Positions 7,965-17,627 of a DNA stretch of 64,000 bases are shown here, piece by piece. The first letter of the stretch is position 1. The number at the start of each line of letters is the position of its first letter. The notes below the pieces were generated by a model. It made no database searches. It was not told the origin of the DNA and worked only from the letters and a program-made list of their open reading frames with translations. Both the position numbers and the translations under genes were made by a program. This DNA is from an uncultured Alphaproteobacteria bacterium (GTDB lineage: Bacteria > Pseudomonadota > Alphaproteobacteria > Rhizobiales > Kaistiaceae), in the NCBI GenBank assembly GCA_963750065.1, contig CAVVPK010000048.1:57860-121859 (forward strand). Direction: 5' to 3'.

Positions 7965-9245
7965 TTGAGGCGTAACTTGCACCGACTCGACCGCTACAGG
8001 GAAGCGCCAGTTTTTAGCAGTGCCCTGCTGCCCGGCGTTGTTCGCGCCATTCTGCAGAACGGCCCGATTTCGCGCGCCCAAATCGCGCGGGTTGCCGGCC
8101 TGTCGAAACAGACCAGTTCGGGGCTTATCTCGGCGCTCGAACAGCTCGGCTGGGTGCGGGAGTCGGGGATGTTCGAGGGAAACATCGGCCGGCGCGCCGT
8201 CGCCTACGAGTTCGATCCCCGCTCCGCATATGTCCTCGGCATCGACCTCGGGGGGACCAAGCTTCATGTGGCATTGGCCGACCATTCGGGCAGCATTCTG
8301 CTCGATGAGCACCTCAGCAGCGACCGGCGCGGCGGAAAATTCCTCGTGCGGCAGATCGGGCGGGTCGCTGCGGCCGTAACCGAGCGAAGCGGCATCGATC
8401 GCACACGCCTGCTGTGCGCCGTCATCGGCACTCCGGGCGCGGCACAGCGCGACAGTGGACGCATCCTCCTGGCGCCGAATATCGCCGGGCTCGATTCGTT
8501 CGACGTGCTGTCGGCGCTGCGGGAAGAGTTCGGCGAGCTGCATGTGGTGGTTGAGAACGATGTCAACCTTGCTGCCGTCGGCGAGAGCTGGAATGGTCTG
8601 AGCCTGATCCATAGGGACCTCGCCTTCGTCGCCCTTGGGACCGGCGTCGGCATGGGACTCGTGTCCGACGGCCGCCTACTCAGCGGCGCCAACGGGTTCG
8701 CCGGCGAGTTGAGCTATCTGCCGATCGGCGGTGATCCCTTCGCCACCGAAAATCTCATACAGGGCACGCTCGAAGCAGCCATCGGCAGCGAAGGCATCCG
8801 CCGGCGCTACACCGCGGCGGGCGGATCGCTGGATCGCTCGGTCAAGGACATCTTCGATACCGCCGGCAGTGACCCGATCGCCGGGACGGTGGTCGACGAC
8901 ACGGCGCGGTATCTTGCGCTCGCGCTGGTCTCCGTGGTCGCGCTGGTCGATCCGCAGCGCATTGTCCTGGGCGGCAGCATCGGCGTGCGGCCGGAACTGG
9001 TGGAGCGACTGCTCGTCCACCTGCCCCGCTGCATCGCGCGCGTTCCCGATGTTTCGGTCAGCCGCTTCCGCACGATGGCGACGACGCAGGGCGCGATTGC
9101 CGTCGCCCTCAACGAAATTCACCGCATCCTGTTCGGCATCGGCCCGCTCAGCACCCACCTGCTTCCCCAATCCGCATGGGGTCTCGCCGCCCATGCCGGA
9201 GGCAGCCCAAACGGCGACACCAGCAACCCGAGAGAGGTGGTATGA
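7965..9245 (+). CDS. ROK family transcriptional regulator
   Basis: 426 aa. N-terminal wHTH (GPISRAQIARVAGLSKQTSSGLISALEQLGWV) and a ROK sugar-kinase fold (VLGIDLGGTKLHVAL...ENDVNLAAVGE). The TTG start at 7965 is the longest option and the exact start is uncertain. The stop overlaps the SBP ATG (ATGA). Confidence 0.85.
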   Translation: MRRNLHRLDRYREAPVFSSALLPGVVRAILQNGPISRAQIARVAGLSKQTSSGLISALEQLGWVRESGMFEGNIGRRAVAYEFDPRSAYVLGIDLGGTKLHVALADHSGSILLDEHLSSDRRGGKFLVRQIGRVAAAVTERSGIDRTRLLCAVIGTPGAAQRDSGRILLAPNIAGLDSFDVLSALREEFGELHVVVENDVNLAAVGESWNGLSLIHRDLAFVALGTGVGMGLVSDGRLLSGANGFAGELSYLPIGGDPFATENLIQGTLEAAIGSEGIRRRYTAAGGSLDRSVKDIFDTAGSDPIAGTVVDDTARYLALALVSVVALVDPQRIVLGGSIGVRPELVERLLVHLPRCIARVPDVSVSRFRTMATTQGAIAVALNEIHRILFGIGPLSTHLLPQSAWGLAAHAGGSPNGDTSNPREVV

Positions 9246-10501
9246 CCCGCTTGCGTACGATACTGCTTGTTGCCGCCGCGCTATGCGGCACGACAGGCCT
9301 TGCATCCGCCCAGCAGACGACGCTGACGATCGAAAGCTGGCGTGCCGATGATCTTGCCATCTGGCAGGACCAAATCATCCCGGCGTTCGAGGCGACGCAT
9401 CCGGACATCCACGTCGTGTTCTCGCCAACCGAGTCGACCCAGTACAACGCTGCACTCGACGCCAAGCTGGCGGCTGGTACGGCAGGTGACCTCATCACCT
9501 GTCGCCCGTTCGACGCGGGGCTCGCTCTCTACCAGAGGGGCAACCTGACAAGCCTGAACGACCTACCGGGGATCGATGACTTCGTCGACGTCGGCAAGGC
9601 GGCGTTCAGCACCGACGACGGCGCGACCATCTTTTGCGTGCCGATGGCCTCGGTGATGCACGGGTTCTTCTACAACAAGCCCGCCTTCGAGAAGCTCGGG
9701 CTCAAGCCGCCGGTCACCCAGAACGAGTTCATGGCCATGCTGAAGGCGATCAAGGCCGACGGCACCTACACGCCCTTTGCGATGGGTAACGTCCAGGGCT
9801 TCGAGGCGGCCAACTCCGGCTACGAAAGCATCGGCCCCGCCTACTGGCACGGCGAGGAAGGCCGCAAGGCACTGATCGCCGGCACCGCCAAGCTGACCGA
9901 TCCCGAGTTCGTCGAGCCCTTCCGCATCCTCGCCGAATGGACTCCCTACATGCCCGACGGGTTCGCCGCGCAGTCCTACGCCGACAGCCAGAACATGTTC
10001 ACGCTGGGTCGCGGCCTCGTCTATCCGGGCGGCTCATGGGAGATCGCCGGCTTCAACGCCAATGCCGACTTCCCGATCGGCGTGTTCCCGCCGCCCGTGG
10101 CTCACGCCGGCGACACCTGCTACTTCGTCGACCATCCGGACATCGGCATGGGCATGAACGCGGCCAGCCCGAATCCCGAGGCGACCCGCAGCTTTCTCAC
10201 CTGGCTGGCCACGCCTAAATTCGCCCAGCTCTACTCCTCGGCGCTTCCCGGCTTCTTCAGCCTGTCGAAGGCTGAGGTGAAGCTCGACGATCCGCTGGCC
10301 CAGGAATTCATGAGCTGGCGGCAGAAGTGCCAGGGCACCATGCGCTTCACCTATCAGATCCTGTCGCGCGGCGTGCCCAATCTCGAGAACGAGATGTGGG
10401 TGCAGTCGGCCAACGTGCTGAACCATACCAAGACGCCCGAGGAAGCGGCTGCCACGCTGCAGGCTGGCCTTGACAGCTGGTACAAGCCCGCTGCGAAGTA
10501 A
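9242..10501 (+). CDS. carbohydrate ABC transporter substrate-binding protein (CUT1, SBP family 1)
   Basis: Internal ATG at 9242 (MTRLRTILLVAAALCGTTGLASAQQ signal peptide). 419 aa. Confidence 0.9.
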   Translation: MTRLRTILLVAAALCGTTGLASAQQTTLTIESWRADDLAIWQDQIIPAFEATHPDIHVVFSPTESTQYNAALDAKLAAGTAGDLITCRPFDAGLALYQRGNLTSLNDLPGIDDFVDVGKAAFSTDDGATIFCVPMASVMHGFFYNKPAFEKLGLKPPVTQNEFMAMLKAIKADGTYTPFAMGNVQGFEAANSGYESIGPAYWHGEEGRKALIAGTAKLTDPEFVEPFRILAEWTPYMPDGFAAQSYADSQNMFTLGRGLVYPGGSWEIAGFNANADFPIGVFPPPVAHAGDTCYFVDHPDIGMGMNAASPNPEATRSFLTWLATPKFAQLYSSALPGFFSLSKAEVKLDDPLAQEFMSWRQKCQGTMRFTYQILSRGVPNLENEMWVQSANVLNHTKTPEEAAATLQAGLDSWYKPAAK

Positions 10502-10505
10502 GCCC

Positions 10506-11450
10506 ATGGTGGCGTCTCATCAGAAGAGGACAAGGCGGTGGTCCGCCTTGTTTCTCGCGCCGGCGCTGATCGTCTACACCTTCGTGTTGATCGTGCCGCT
10601 GTTCGAGACGCTGCGTATGTCCTTCTTCAACACGGTGGGCACTGCGTCGGCTTCCGGCCCGGTGCCCGCCGTTTTCGTCGGCTTCGACAACTACGCCCGC
10701 CTGTTCGGCGCCCCCCACTGGGCAGCCGGCTTCGCCAACGCCTTCATCAACAATGTGCACTTCTTCCTCATCCACATGGTGGTGCAGAACCCGGTGGCGC
10801 TGCTGCTCGCTGCGCTCATCGCGGTGCCGACGCGGAAGGGACGTGCGATCTACCGCACCGTGTTCTTCCTGCCGACCATGCTCTCCTTCGTCATTGTCGG
10901 CTTTCTCTGGAAGCTCCTGCTGAGCCCCACATGGGGCGTCGCAAAACAGGTGCTCGGCACGTTCGGCCTGAGCGGCTTCTACGCGCCGTGGCTCGGCCAG
11001 CCCGACACCGCGTTGACCACGCTTGCCCTCATTTCATGCTGGCAGGCGGTCGGTTTGCCCATGCTGCTGCTGTATGCCGCGTTGGTTGCGATTCCCGACG
11101 AGCTCATCGAGGCGGCGGCGCTGGATGACATCACCGGGATTCGCCAGTTCTTCCTCATCAAGCTGCCGCTCATCTGGCCGACCATCGGCATCGTCGGAAT
11201 TCTGACCTACGCCGGCAACTTCAACGCCTTCGATCTCGTCTTCGTGACCCAGGGAGCACTGGGCAGTCCCAACGGGGCAACCGATCTGCTCGGGCTCTAC
11301 CTGTTCCGCACTTTCTTCGGCCAGAACCTCCTGCCGGGTGATCCCTACATGGGCGCCACGGTGGCGAACGTCATGGTCCTGATCATCCTTAGTGGCGTGT
11401 CGGCCTATCTGTTCTTCGTGCAGCGCCGCCTCGTTTATCACCAGCTCTAG
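10506..11450 (+). CDS. carbohydrate ABC transporter permease (MalF/UgpA-like)
   Basis: ATG at 10506 (MVASHQKRTRRWSALFLAPALIVYTFVLIVPLF). 314 aa, multi-TM, with EAA region IEAAALDDITGIRQFFLIKLPLIWP. Confidence 0.9.
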   Translation: MVASHQKRTRRWSALFLAPALIVYTFVLIVPLFETLRMSFFNTVGTASASGPVPAVFVGFDNYARLFGAPHWAAGFANAFINNVHFFLIHMVVQNPVALLLAALIAVPTRKGRAIYRTVFFLPTMLSFVIVGFLWKLLLSPTWGVAKQVLGTFGLSGFYAPWLGQPDTALTTLALISCWQAVGLPMLLLYAALVAIPDELIEAAALDDITGIRQFFLIKLPLIWPTIGIVGILTYAGNFNAFDLVFVTQGALGSPNGATDLLGLYLFRTFFGQNLLPGDPYMGATVANVMVLIILSGVSAYLFFVQRRLVYHQL

Positions 11451-11459
11451 GAGGGAACG

Positions 11460-12299
11460 ATGAAGCGCCTGCGCCATACCGCCCTCCCCGCCATTGCCGC
11501 TCACGCGATTCTCATCGCCTACAGCCTGGTGGCGCTGGCGCCGATGCTGGTCATCATCCTCAACTCGTTCAAGAGCCGCCGGGGCATCTTCGGCACGCCG
11601 CTTGCTCTGCCCAACGCACACACCTTCAGTCTGGGCGGCTACGATACGGTGCTGCTGCGCGGCAATTTCGGACTCTACTTCGCAAATAGTACGATCGTCA
11701 CGGTAAGCTCGCTAGCGCTGATCGTGCTCTTTGGCGTCATGGCTGCCTTCGCGCTCTCCGAGTACCGCACGAAGATCAACAGCCTGCTCGGCCTCTACTT
11801 CGTGATCGGCATCATGATCCCGATCCGGTTGGGCACGGTGGCCATCCTCACAACGATGGTTTCGCTGGGCATCGCCGGCACGCTGGTCTCGCTGATCCTG
11901 GTCTATGTGGCGCAGGGGCTGCCGCTGGCCGTCTACGTCCTCTCCGAGTTCATGAAGCAGGTCTCCGACGAGCTGAAAGACGCCGGCCGCATCGACGGAC
12001 TGGCCGAGCCCGACATCCTGTTCCGTCTGGTGGTGCCGGTCGTGCGGCCGGCAATCGCCTCCATCGCGGTCTTCTCGCTCGCTCCGATCTGGAACGACCT
12101 CTGGTTTCCCATGGTGCTCGCCCCTGCCGAAGCCACCAAGACGGTGACGCTCGGGGCGCAGAACTTCATGGGCCAGTTCGCCACCAACTGGAGCGCGGTG
12201 CTGGCCGCCCTCACCCTGTCGGCGGTGCCGATCCTTGTCTTCTACCTGATCTTCTCCCGGCAGATCGTGCGCGGCATCACTGCCGGTGCCGTCAAGTAG
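11460..12299 (+). CDS. carbohydrate ABC transporter permease (MalG/UgpE-like)
   Basis: 279 aa. EAA region LKDAGRIDGLAEPDILFRLVVPVVRPA. 9 nt after the previous gene. Confidence 0.9.
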   Translation: MKRLRHTALPAIAAHAILIAYSLVALAPMLVIILNSFKSRRGIFGTPLALPNAHTFSLGGYDTVLLRGNFGLYFANSTIVTVSSLALIVLFGVMAAFALSEYRTKINSLLGLYFVIGIMIPIRLGTVAILTTMVSLGIAGTLVSLILVYVAQGLPLAVYVLSEFMKQVSDELKDAGRIDGLAEPDILFRLVVPVVRPAIASIAVFSLAPIWNDLWFPMVLAPAEATKTVTLGAQNFMGQFATNWSAVLAALTLSAVPILVFYLIFSRQIVRGITAGAVK

Positions 12300-12308
12300 G
12301 GAACGCTC

Positions 12309-13388
12309 ATGAGCCGCCTCGTCCTCGACCAGATCACCAAGCGTTACGGCAACACCCCCGTCCTCGAGGCGATCTCGCTCGACGTGCCACACGGCGAGTT
12401 GCTGGCGCTGCTCGGACCCTCGGGGTGCGGCAAGTCCACCTTGCTGCGCATCATTGCCGGTCTCGCCGACCAGACCTCGGGTCGCGTGCTGATCGGCGAT
12501 CGCGACGTCAGCGATCTGCCTCCGGCGCGGCGCGGCATCGCCATGGTGTTTCAGAGCTACGCGCTCTATCCGCACATGACGGTGGAGGGCAACCTGACGC
12601 TCGGACTGCGGCGCGCCCATGTGCCGCGGGCCGAAATACAACGGCGGCTGGCCGAGGCTGAGCGCATCCTTGAGCTCAGCCCCCTGCTCAAGCGCCGGCC
12701 GTCGCAGCTTTCCGGCGGCCAGCGCCAGCGCGTCGCCATCGGCCGCGCCATCGTGCGCGAGCCCGACGTCTTCCTCTTCGACGAGCCGCTCTCCAACCTT
12801 GACGCCGCATTGCGCGCCCAGGTGCGTTCCGAACTGACGGACCTGCATCGCCGGCTCGGATCGACCATGCTCTACGTCACCCACGATCAGGTCGAGGCGA
12901 TGACGCTGGCCAAGCGCATCGTCGTGCTCAATGCCGGGGTGGTGCAGCAGATCGGCACACCGCCCGAGCTCTACCGCTGGCCGGCCAATCTCTTCGTTGC
13001 CGGTTTCATCGGCACCCCGAAGATGAACTTTCTCTCCGGCCGAACGGTCGCAGGCGGCATCGAGCTGACCGGCATCGGCACCCTGCCCTGGAGCGCGGCC
13101 GCAAGCAATGCGGAGGTGGTCGTCGGCGTCCGGCCCACCGGATTCGGGCCGCTGGCAGCGGATGACGCCGGAATCCGTGCGGAGCTGCTGTCCAGCGAAT
13201 ATCTCGGCTCGGAATGCGTCCTGCGCCTCAAGCTCGCCAATGGCGATATCGTGCAGGTGGTTGAGCGTCCCGACCACGAGTGGAGCATCGGGCAGTCACT
13301 GTCCCTGCCGATCGTGGAGTTCCTGGTCTTCGACAAGCACACACAGAAGCGCTGCGGCAGTTCGCATGACCAAAGGCAGGCATCATGA
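12309..13388 (+). CDS. sugar ABC transporter ATP-binding protein (MalK/UgpC type)
   Basis: 359 aa. Walker A GPSGCGKST, signature LSGGQRQRVA, Walker B VFLFDEPLS, and a C-terminal TOBE-like regulatory domain. This is the only CUT1-type ATPase in the window. Confidence 0.92.
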   Translation: MSRLVLDQITKRYGNTPVLEAISLDVPHGELLALLGPSGCGKSTLLRIIAGLADQTSGRVLIGDRDVSDLPPARRGIAMVFQSYALYPHMTVEGNLTLGLRRAHVPRAEIQRRLAEAERILELSPLLKRRPSQLSGGQRQRVAIGRAIVREPDVFLFDEPLSNLDAALRAQVRSELTDLHRRLGSTMLYVTHDQVEAMTLAKRIVVLNAGVVQQIGTPPELYRWPANLFVAGFIGTPKMNFLSGRTVAGGIELTGIGTLPWSAAASNAEVVVGVRPTGFGPLAADDAGIRAELLSSEYLGSECVLRLKLANGDIVQVVERPDHEWSIGQSLSLPIVEFLVFDKHTQKRCGSSHDQRQAS

Positions 13389-15649
13389 GCGAAACCATCG
13401 TGCTCGAAGGGCTGGAACGATCGGTGGACATCCGTGTCGACCGCTGGGGAGTCGCCCACATCGAGGCCGAGACGCGTAACGATCTCTTCTTCGCCCAGGG
13501 GTATAACGCCGCGCGCGACCGGCTGTGGCAGATCGACTTGTGGCGCAAGCGCGGACTGGGCCTGCTTGCCCGCGACTTCGGCCCGGCTTTCGTGGCCAAC
13601 GACCGGGCCGCGCGCCTGTTCCTCTATCGCGGCGACATGGCTGCGGAATGGGCGGCCTACGGCCCCGACAGCGAAGCGATCACCACCGCGTTCGTCGCCG
13701 GCATCAATGCCTATGTCAGGCGCACGCGGCAGCATCCCGATCTGTTGCCGCCGGAATTCGCGATTGCCGGCACGCAGCCGGACCTGTGGGCGCCCGCCGA
13801 CCCGGTGCGCATCCGCAGCCACGGCAAGCTGTTCAACTTCGACAACGAGATTCGTCGCGCCGACGTCGCCGCGCGCTTCGGGCTCGCGGTCGACGCGATA
13901 CGGCAGGCGCCCAAGCCGGACTGGACCGTTATCCCGACGGGAATCGAAGGGCCGATCCCACCTCAAGTGATGGAGACCTATCGGCTCGGCACCGAACTGC
14001 CGGTTCTCGGCGCCGGATTGACTGCCGCACGCGAAGACGCCGCGCTCAGCAGCGGCAGCAACAACTGGGCGGTGGCCCCCGGCCGCAGCGCGAGCGGGCG
14101 TCCGCTCTTCGCGTCCGATCCGCACCGGGCGATGGCTCTGCCATCCCTGCGCTATCTGGTGCATCTCAAGGGGCCCGGGGTGAACGTCGTCGGCGCCGGA
14201 GAGCCGGCGGTGCCGGGAGTTTCCATCGGCCACAACGAGGCGGTCGCGTTCGGCCTGACGACCTTTTCGGTCGATCAGGCCGACCTCTATGTCTGCCAGG
14301 CAGACCCCACCGACCCGAAAGCCTATCTGTTTGACGGCGGAAGCGAGCCTCTGACGACGATTGAAGAGACAATAGACGTCGCGGGCGGCCCGCCGGTTCC
14401 GGTGCAGTTGGCCTTCACCCGGCACGGCCCGGTGCTGCATCGTGAGGGTGACACGCTCTATGCCTTCCGTTCGGTCTGGTCCGAGCCAGGTACGGCACCC
14501 TACATGGGCAGCCTGCGCTACCTCACCGCTACCGACCGGCCGCAATTCGAGGCGGCGGTGGCGCACTGGCGCGCGCCGCCGGTCAACCACATCTGCGCCG
14601 ACACGGCGGGCAGCATCGCCTGGATCTCCGCCGGGCTCGCTCCCATCCGCCGGAATCACGACGGCCTGCTGCCGGTGCCCGGAGATGGCCGCTTCGAATG
14701 GCAGGGCTTCATGTCGCCCGATGCGCTGCCGCGGATCATCGACCCGGAGGATGGATGGCTGGCGTCGTCCAACCAGATGAACCTGCCGCCCGACTACGAC
14801 ATCGACACCTGGCGCGTCGGCTTCGAATGGCCCGACCGGGTCCGCTATGAGCGCATCGCCGAGGTGCTCAGTACACGACCGCAGCACACGCTCGCCGACA
14901 TGCTCGACCTGCAGTGCGACGTGCTGTTGCGTCCGGCGACCGCCCTCACCGCCCTGTTGCCGGCCGTGCGCAAGGCTGTGCCGGCCGAGGCCGCCGACCT
15001 GCTGCTCAGCTGGGACGGCCGCATGGAGAAGCGCTCCGCCGCAGCGACCCTGTTCGAGGTGTGGTTCATCCATCACCTGATCCCGCGACTGGTGGAGCGG
15101 CTGGCGCCGGGCGCCTATGCGGCGTTTGAAGTGCAGGAGACGGTGCAGGTGGAGACCGAGATTCTCGTGGCGCTCCTGCTGGCGCCGGACGCGCGGCTTG
15201 GCGCCGAGCCGACCGCGGAGCGGGATCGTCTGCTGGCGGAAAGCCTCGCTGCGGCATGGGCCGACGTCACCGACCGCTTCGGGCCGGACCCGGCCGAATG
15301 GATCTGGGGCAAGCTGCACACCATGACTTTCCGCCATCCGCTCGCGGCGCAATGGGATATCGGCCCGGTCGCCAAGGCCGGCAGCGGCCTCACCGTCGCC
15401 AGCGCCGACTACCGGCGGCCCGGCTTCGGCATGACGCTCGGTGCCTCGTTCCGCATGGTCGTTGACGTAGGCGCCTGGGACGAATCCATGGCGATCAACG
15501 CGCCCGGCCAGTCGGGCGATCCGCGCAGCGCTCACTATGCAGATCTGGCGACGCGCTGGGGCGACGACCGCTACTTCCCGCTCGTGTTCACATCCGAGCG
15601 GGTGCGCATGGAAACCTCCGAGACGATCCGCCTGGAGCCCGACACATGA
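13385..15649 (+). CDS. penicillin acylase family Ntn-hydrolase with no signal peptide
   Basis: 754 aa. The conserved alpha-subunit core starts at residue ~16 (VDRWGVAHIEAETRNDLFFAQGYNAARDRLWQIDLWRKRG). The predicted autoprocessing site G|SNNW has Ser225 at nt 14057. The ATG overlaps the ATPase stop (ATGA). No in-frame upstream start exists. Confidence 0.88.
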   Translation: MSETIVLEGLERSVDIRVDRWGVAHIEAETRNDLFFAQGYNAARDRLWQIDLWRKRGLGLLARDFGPAFVANDRAARLFLYRGDMAAEWAAYGPDSEAITTAFVAGINAYVRRTRQHPDLLPPEFAIAGTQPDLWAPADPVRIRSHGKLFNFDNEIRRADVAARFGLAVDAIRQAPKPDWTVIPTGIEGPIPPQVMETYRLGTELPVLGAGLTAAREDAALSSGSNNWAVAPGRSASGRPLFASDPHRAMALPSLRYLVHLKGPGVNVVGAGEPAVPGVSIGHNEAVAFGLTTFSVDQADLYVCQADPTDPKAYLFDGGSEPLTTIEETIDVAGGPPVPVQLAFTRHGPVLHREGDTLYAFRSVWSEPGTAPYMGSLRYLTATDRPQFEAAVAHWRAPPVNHICADTAGSIAWISAGLAPIRRNHDGLLPVPGDGRFEWQGFMSPDALPRIIDPEDGWLASSNQMNLPPDYDIDTWRVGFEWPDRVRYERIAEVLSTRPQHTLADMLDLQCDVLLRPATALTALLPAVRKAVPAEAADLLLSWDGRMEKRSAAATLFEVWFIHHLIPRLVERLAPGAYAAFEVQETVQVETEILVALLLAPDARLGAEPTAERDRLLAESLAAAWADVTDRFGPDPAEWIWGKLHTMTFRHPLAAQWDIGPVAKAGSGLTVASADYRRPGFGMTLGASFRMVVDVGAWDESMAINAPGQSGDPRSAHYADLATRWGDDRYFPLVFTSERVRMETSETIRLEPDT

Positions 15650-16557
15650 GCAACGAACACGATTCGGCCGCTAAGCACCTTCCCTGGCAGTGGCCCGAGG
15701 AGCACTGGCGGGGGCTGGTGTCCCAGGTCCGCGCCGGACGGCCGCTGAAGCCCGCGAGCTGGCCGGACGGTGCCCGGGCGGCCGTGGCTTTCTCGTTCGA
15801 CTCCGATCACGAGACCAACGAGCTGCGCGTCGGCGGCAAGTCGATCAGCGCCATGTCCTGGGGCGAATACGGCAGCCGTACCGGCCTGCCACGCATTCGC
15901 CACCTGCTTGACCGGCACGGCATCAGGGTTTCGTTCTTCGTCCCGGCCGTCTCTGCTCTGCTGCATCCCGAAGAGCAGCGCTCGCTGATCGCGGACGGCC
16001 ACGAGATCGGCGTGCACGGCTGGATTCACGAGCCGATGGAGGTGCTCGACGGCGCCACCGAGCGCGACCTCACCTTGCGCGCCATCGACACGCTCGAAAA
16101 GCTCACCGGCAAGCGGCCGGTCGGCATCCGCACCCCGTCATGGGATTTCAACCCGGCGACCATGGCCATCCTGCGTGAGGCCGGCTTCCGCTACGATTCT
16201 TCTCTGATGGCCGATGACGACTGCTACGAGCTCCTGGACCACGGCGAACCGACGGGCATCGTCGAGATTCCGGTCGAATGGATCAGGGACGACGCGGCCT
16301 ATCTGATGACACTGCGCGGCGAGCCGCTACGGCCATGGATCGCGCCGCGCGATGTGCTCGAAATCTTCAAGGACGAGTTCGACGGGGCGTACGCCGCCGG
16401 CGGTGTGTTCCAGCTCACCATGCATCCGCATGTGACGGGCTACCGTTCGCGGATCGTCATGCTCGAAGGACTGATCGGCCATATCCGCACCAAAGGTGAC
16501 GTCTGGTTCGGCACCCATGCCCAGGTGGCCGACTGGGTGCGCATGCACGCGGCGTAA
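15646..16557 (+). CDS. polysaccharide deacetylase (CE4) family protein
   Basis: 303 aa. CE4-like motifs are SFDSDHE, GHEIGVHGWIHE and IRTPSW, plus DSS. The ATG overlaps the acylase stop (ATGA). Confidence 0.85.
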   Translation: MSNEHDSAAKHLPWQWPEEHWRGLVSQVRAGRPLKPASWPDGARAAVAFSFDSDHETNELRVGGKSISAMSWGEYGSRTGLPRIRHLLDRHGIRVSFFVPAVSALLHPEEQRSLIADGHEIGVHGWIHEPMEVLDGATERDLTLRAIDTLEKLTGKRPVGIRTPSWDFNPATMAILREAGFRYDSSLMADDDCYELLDHGEPTGIVEIPVEWIRDDAAYLMTLRGEPLRPWIAPRDVLEIFKDEFDGAYAAGGVFQLTMHPHVTGYRSRIVMLEGLIGHIRTKGDVWFGTHAQVADWVRMHAA

Positions 16558-16634
16558 CCGGCACGCTTCGCCGGTACCGTGCGGGCTTCGCGCTTCGGCC
16601 GTAGGGCGTCGCCATCTGGACCCAAGTCTGCGCA

Positions 16635-17615
16635 TCAATCGCCGCGAACGACCAGCCGCCCGCCCGGCAACACCTCAACGGGTTCCGGATCCATGATGTA
16701 ACCGCCGAACTGCGTCTTGCCGCCATCGGCGAAACCCATGATGCGCAGCCCCTTGTCGGTGTGGAGAATGCGGGCCGCATAGCGGCGGCAGGGCTCTGCT
16801 CCATCCAGGAATTTACCCGGAGCGATGGTCCAGGGACCAAGCGGGTGGCTTGCCATCAGATAGTGCGTTCCCGTGACCGGCTGCTGCGGGTTGGCGTGGC
16901 GGTAAGCAGCAGACCAGTGCGACGAAGCCGTACAGAACAGACAGTACCACCGGCCCCGATGTTCGAAGACCTGCGGCACCTCGAGCTGACCGAAACCACC
17001 TGAGTAGACGGGCGGCTGCAGCGTCCATGTCTTGAGATCGGGCGAGGTGGCGAGGCCGATGGCGCCGGCGGCGTTAGGCTCGGCGGCATCAGGAACACGC
17101 GCGGTAAAATACATGAGCCACTCGTCGCCCAGCGGAGAGCGCATGACCCACGGATCACGCATGGCGCGATCGTGCCAATCGCCTACCCGATGTTCCAATT
17201 CATAACCGGCGGCGTTGGGGCCTGTGAGATCCAGGCAGAGGCCGTTGCCGACCCGCTGCCAGTCGTGCAGGTCCGTCGAGGTTGCGTGACCAATGCGCTG
17301 ATAGAGCGAGCCTTCCGAGTGCCCCGTTCCGGTGTAGAAGAGATGCCAGAGCCCATCAGTGCCCGCCACGACCGAACCGGTCCAAGTCGTGCTGTCGTCC
17401 CAGGCGGGCCCTTCGCGCTGCGGAGCGAAGCACGTTCCTAGATGGGTCCAGTTGATCAAATCGGTCGAAGTCGCGTGCCCTTGCGTCACACTGCGATGCC
17501 TCAGATCGGGATCGCCAAGGGACCGGCTCGCCTGCAGGAAGAAGGCATGCCACCGGCGACCGTCGTGGATGTACCAGCTGTCCCACAGCCATTTTCCCGG
17601 AACTGAAATCGTCAT
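16635..17615 (-). CDS. glycoside hydrolase clan GH-J (GH32/GH68-like) catalytic beta-propeller only; beta-fructosidase-like
   Basis: 326 aa. All three clan-J catalytic signatures are present: LWDSWY near the N-terminus, MRDPWV, and LEVPQV followed by WYCLF. No signal peptide and no C-terminal beta-sandwich domain. Confidence 0.75.
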   Translation of the reverse strand: MTISVPGKWLWDSWYIHDGRRWHAFFLQASRSLGDPDLRHRSVTQGHATSTDLINWTHLGTCFAPQREGPAWDDSTTWTGSVVAGTDGLWHLFYTGTGHSEGSLYQRIGHATSTDLHDWQRVGNGLCLDLTGPNAAGYELEHRVGDWHDRAMRDPWVMRSPLGDEWLMYFTARVPDAAEPNAAGAIGLATSPDLKTWTLQPPVYSGGFGQLEVPQVFEHRGRWYCLFCTASSHWSAAYRHANPQQPVTGTHYLMASHPLGPWTIAPGKFLDGAEPCRRYAARILHTDKGLRIMGFADGGKTQFGGYIMDPEPVEVLPGGRLVVRGD

Positions 17616-17627
17616 GACGGGAGCGTC

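Noticed and set aside
12971-15535. 854-aa ORF on the minus strand, the longest in the track
   Set aside because: It lies entirely antisense to the ATPase and penicillin-acylase genes. Its composition is Arg/Gly/Ala/Pro-rich and low in complexity, and it has no recognisable motif. The plus strand carries clear family signatures. This is a typical stop-codon-poor antisense frame in high-GC DNA.
16558-16634. Possible bidirectional terminator between the convergent deacetylase and GH32-like genes
   Set aside because: Only short, mismatched stems are present (CCGGCACG / CGTGCGGG, with 5-6 bp pairing) and there is no U-tract.
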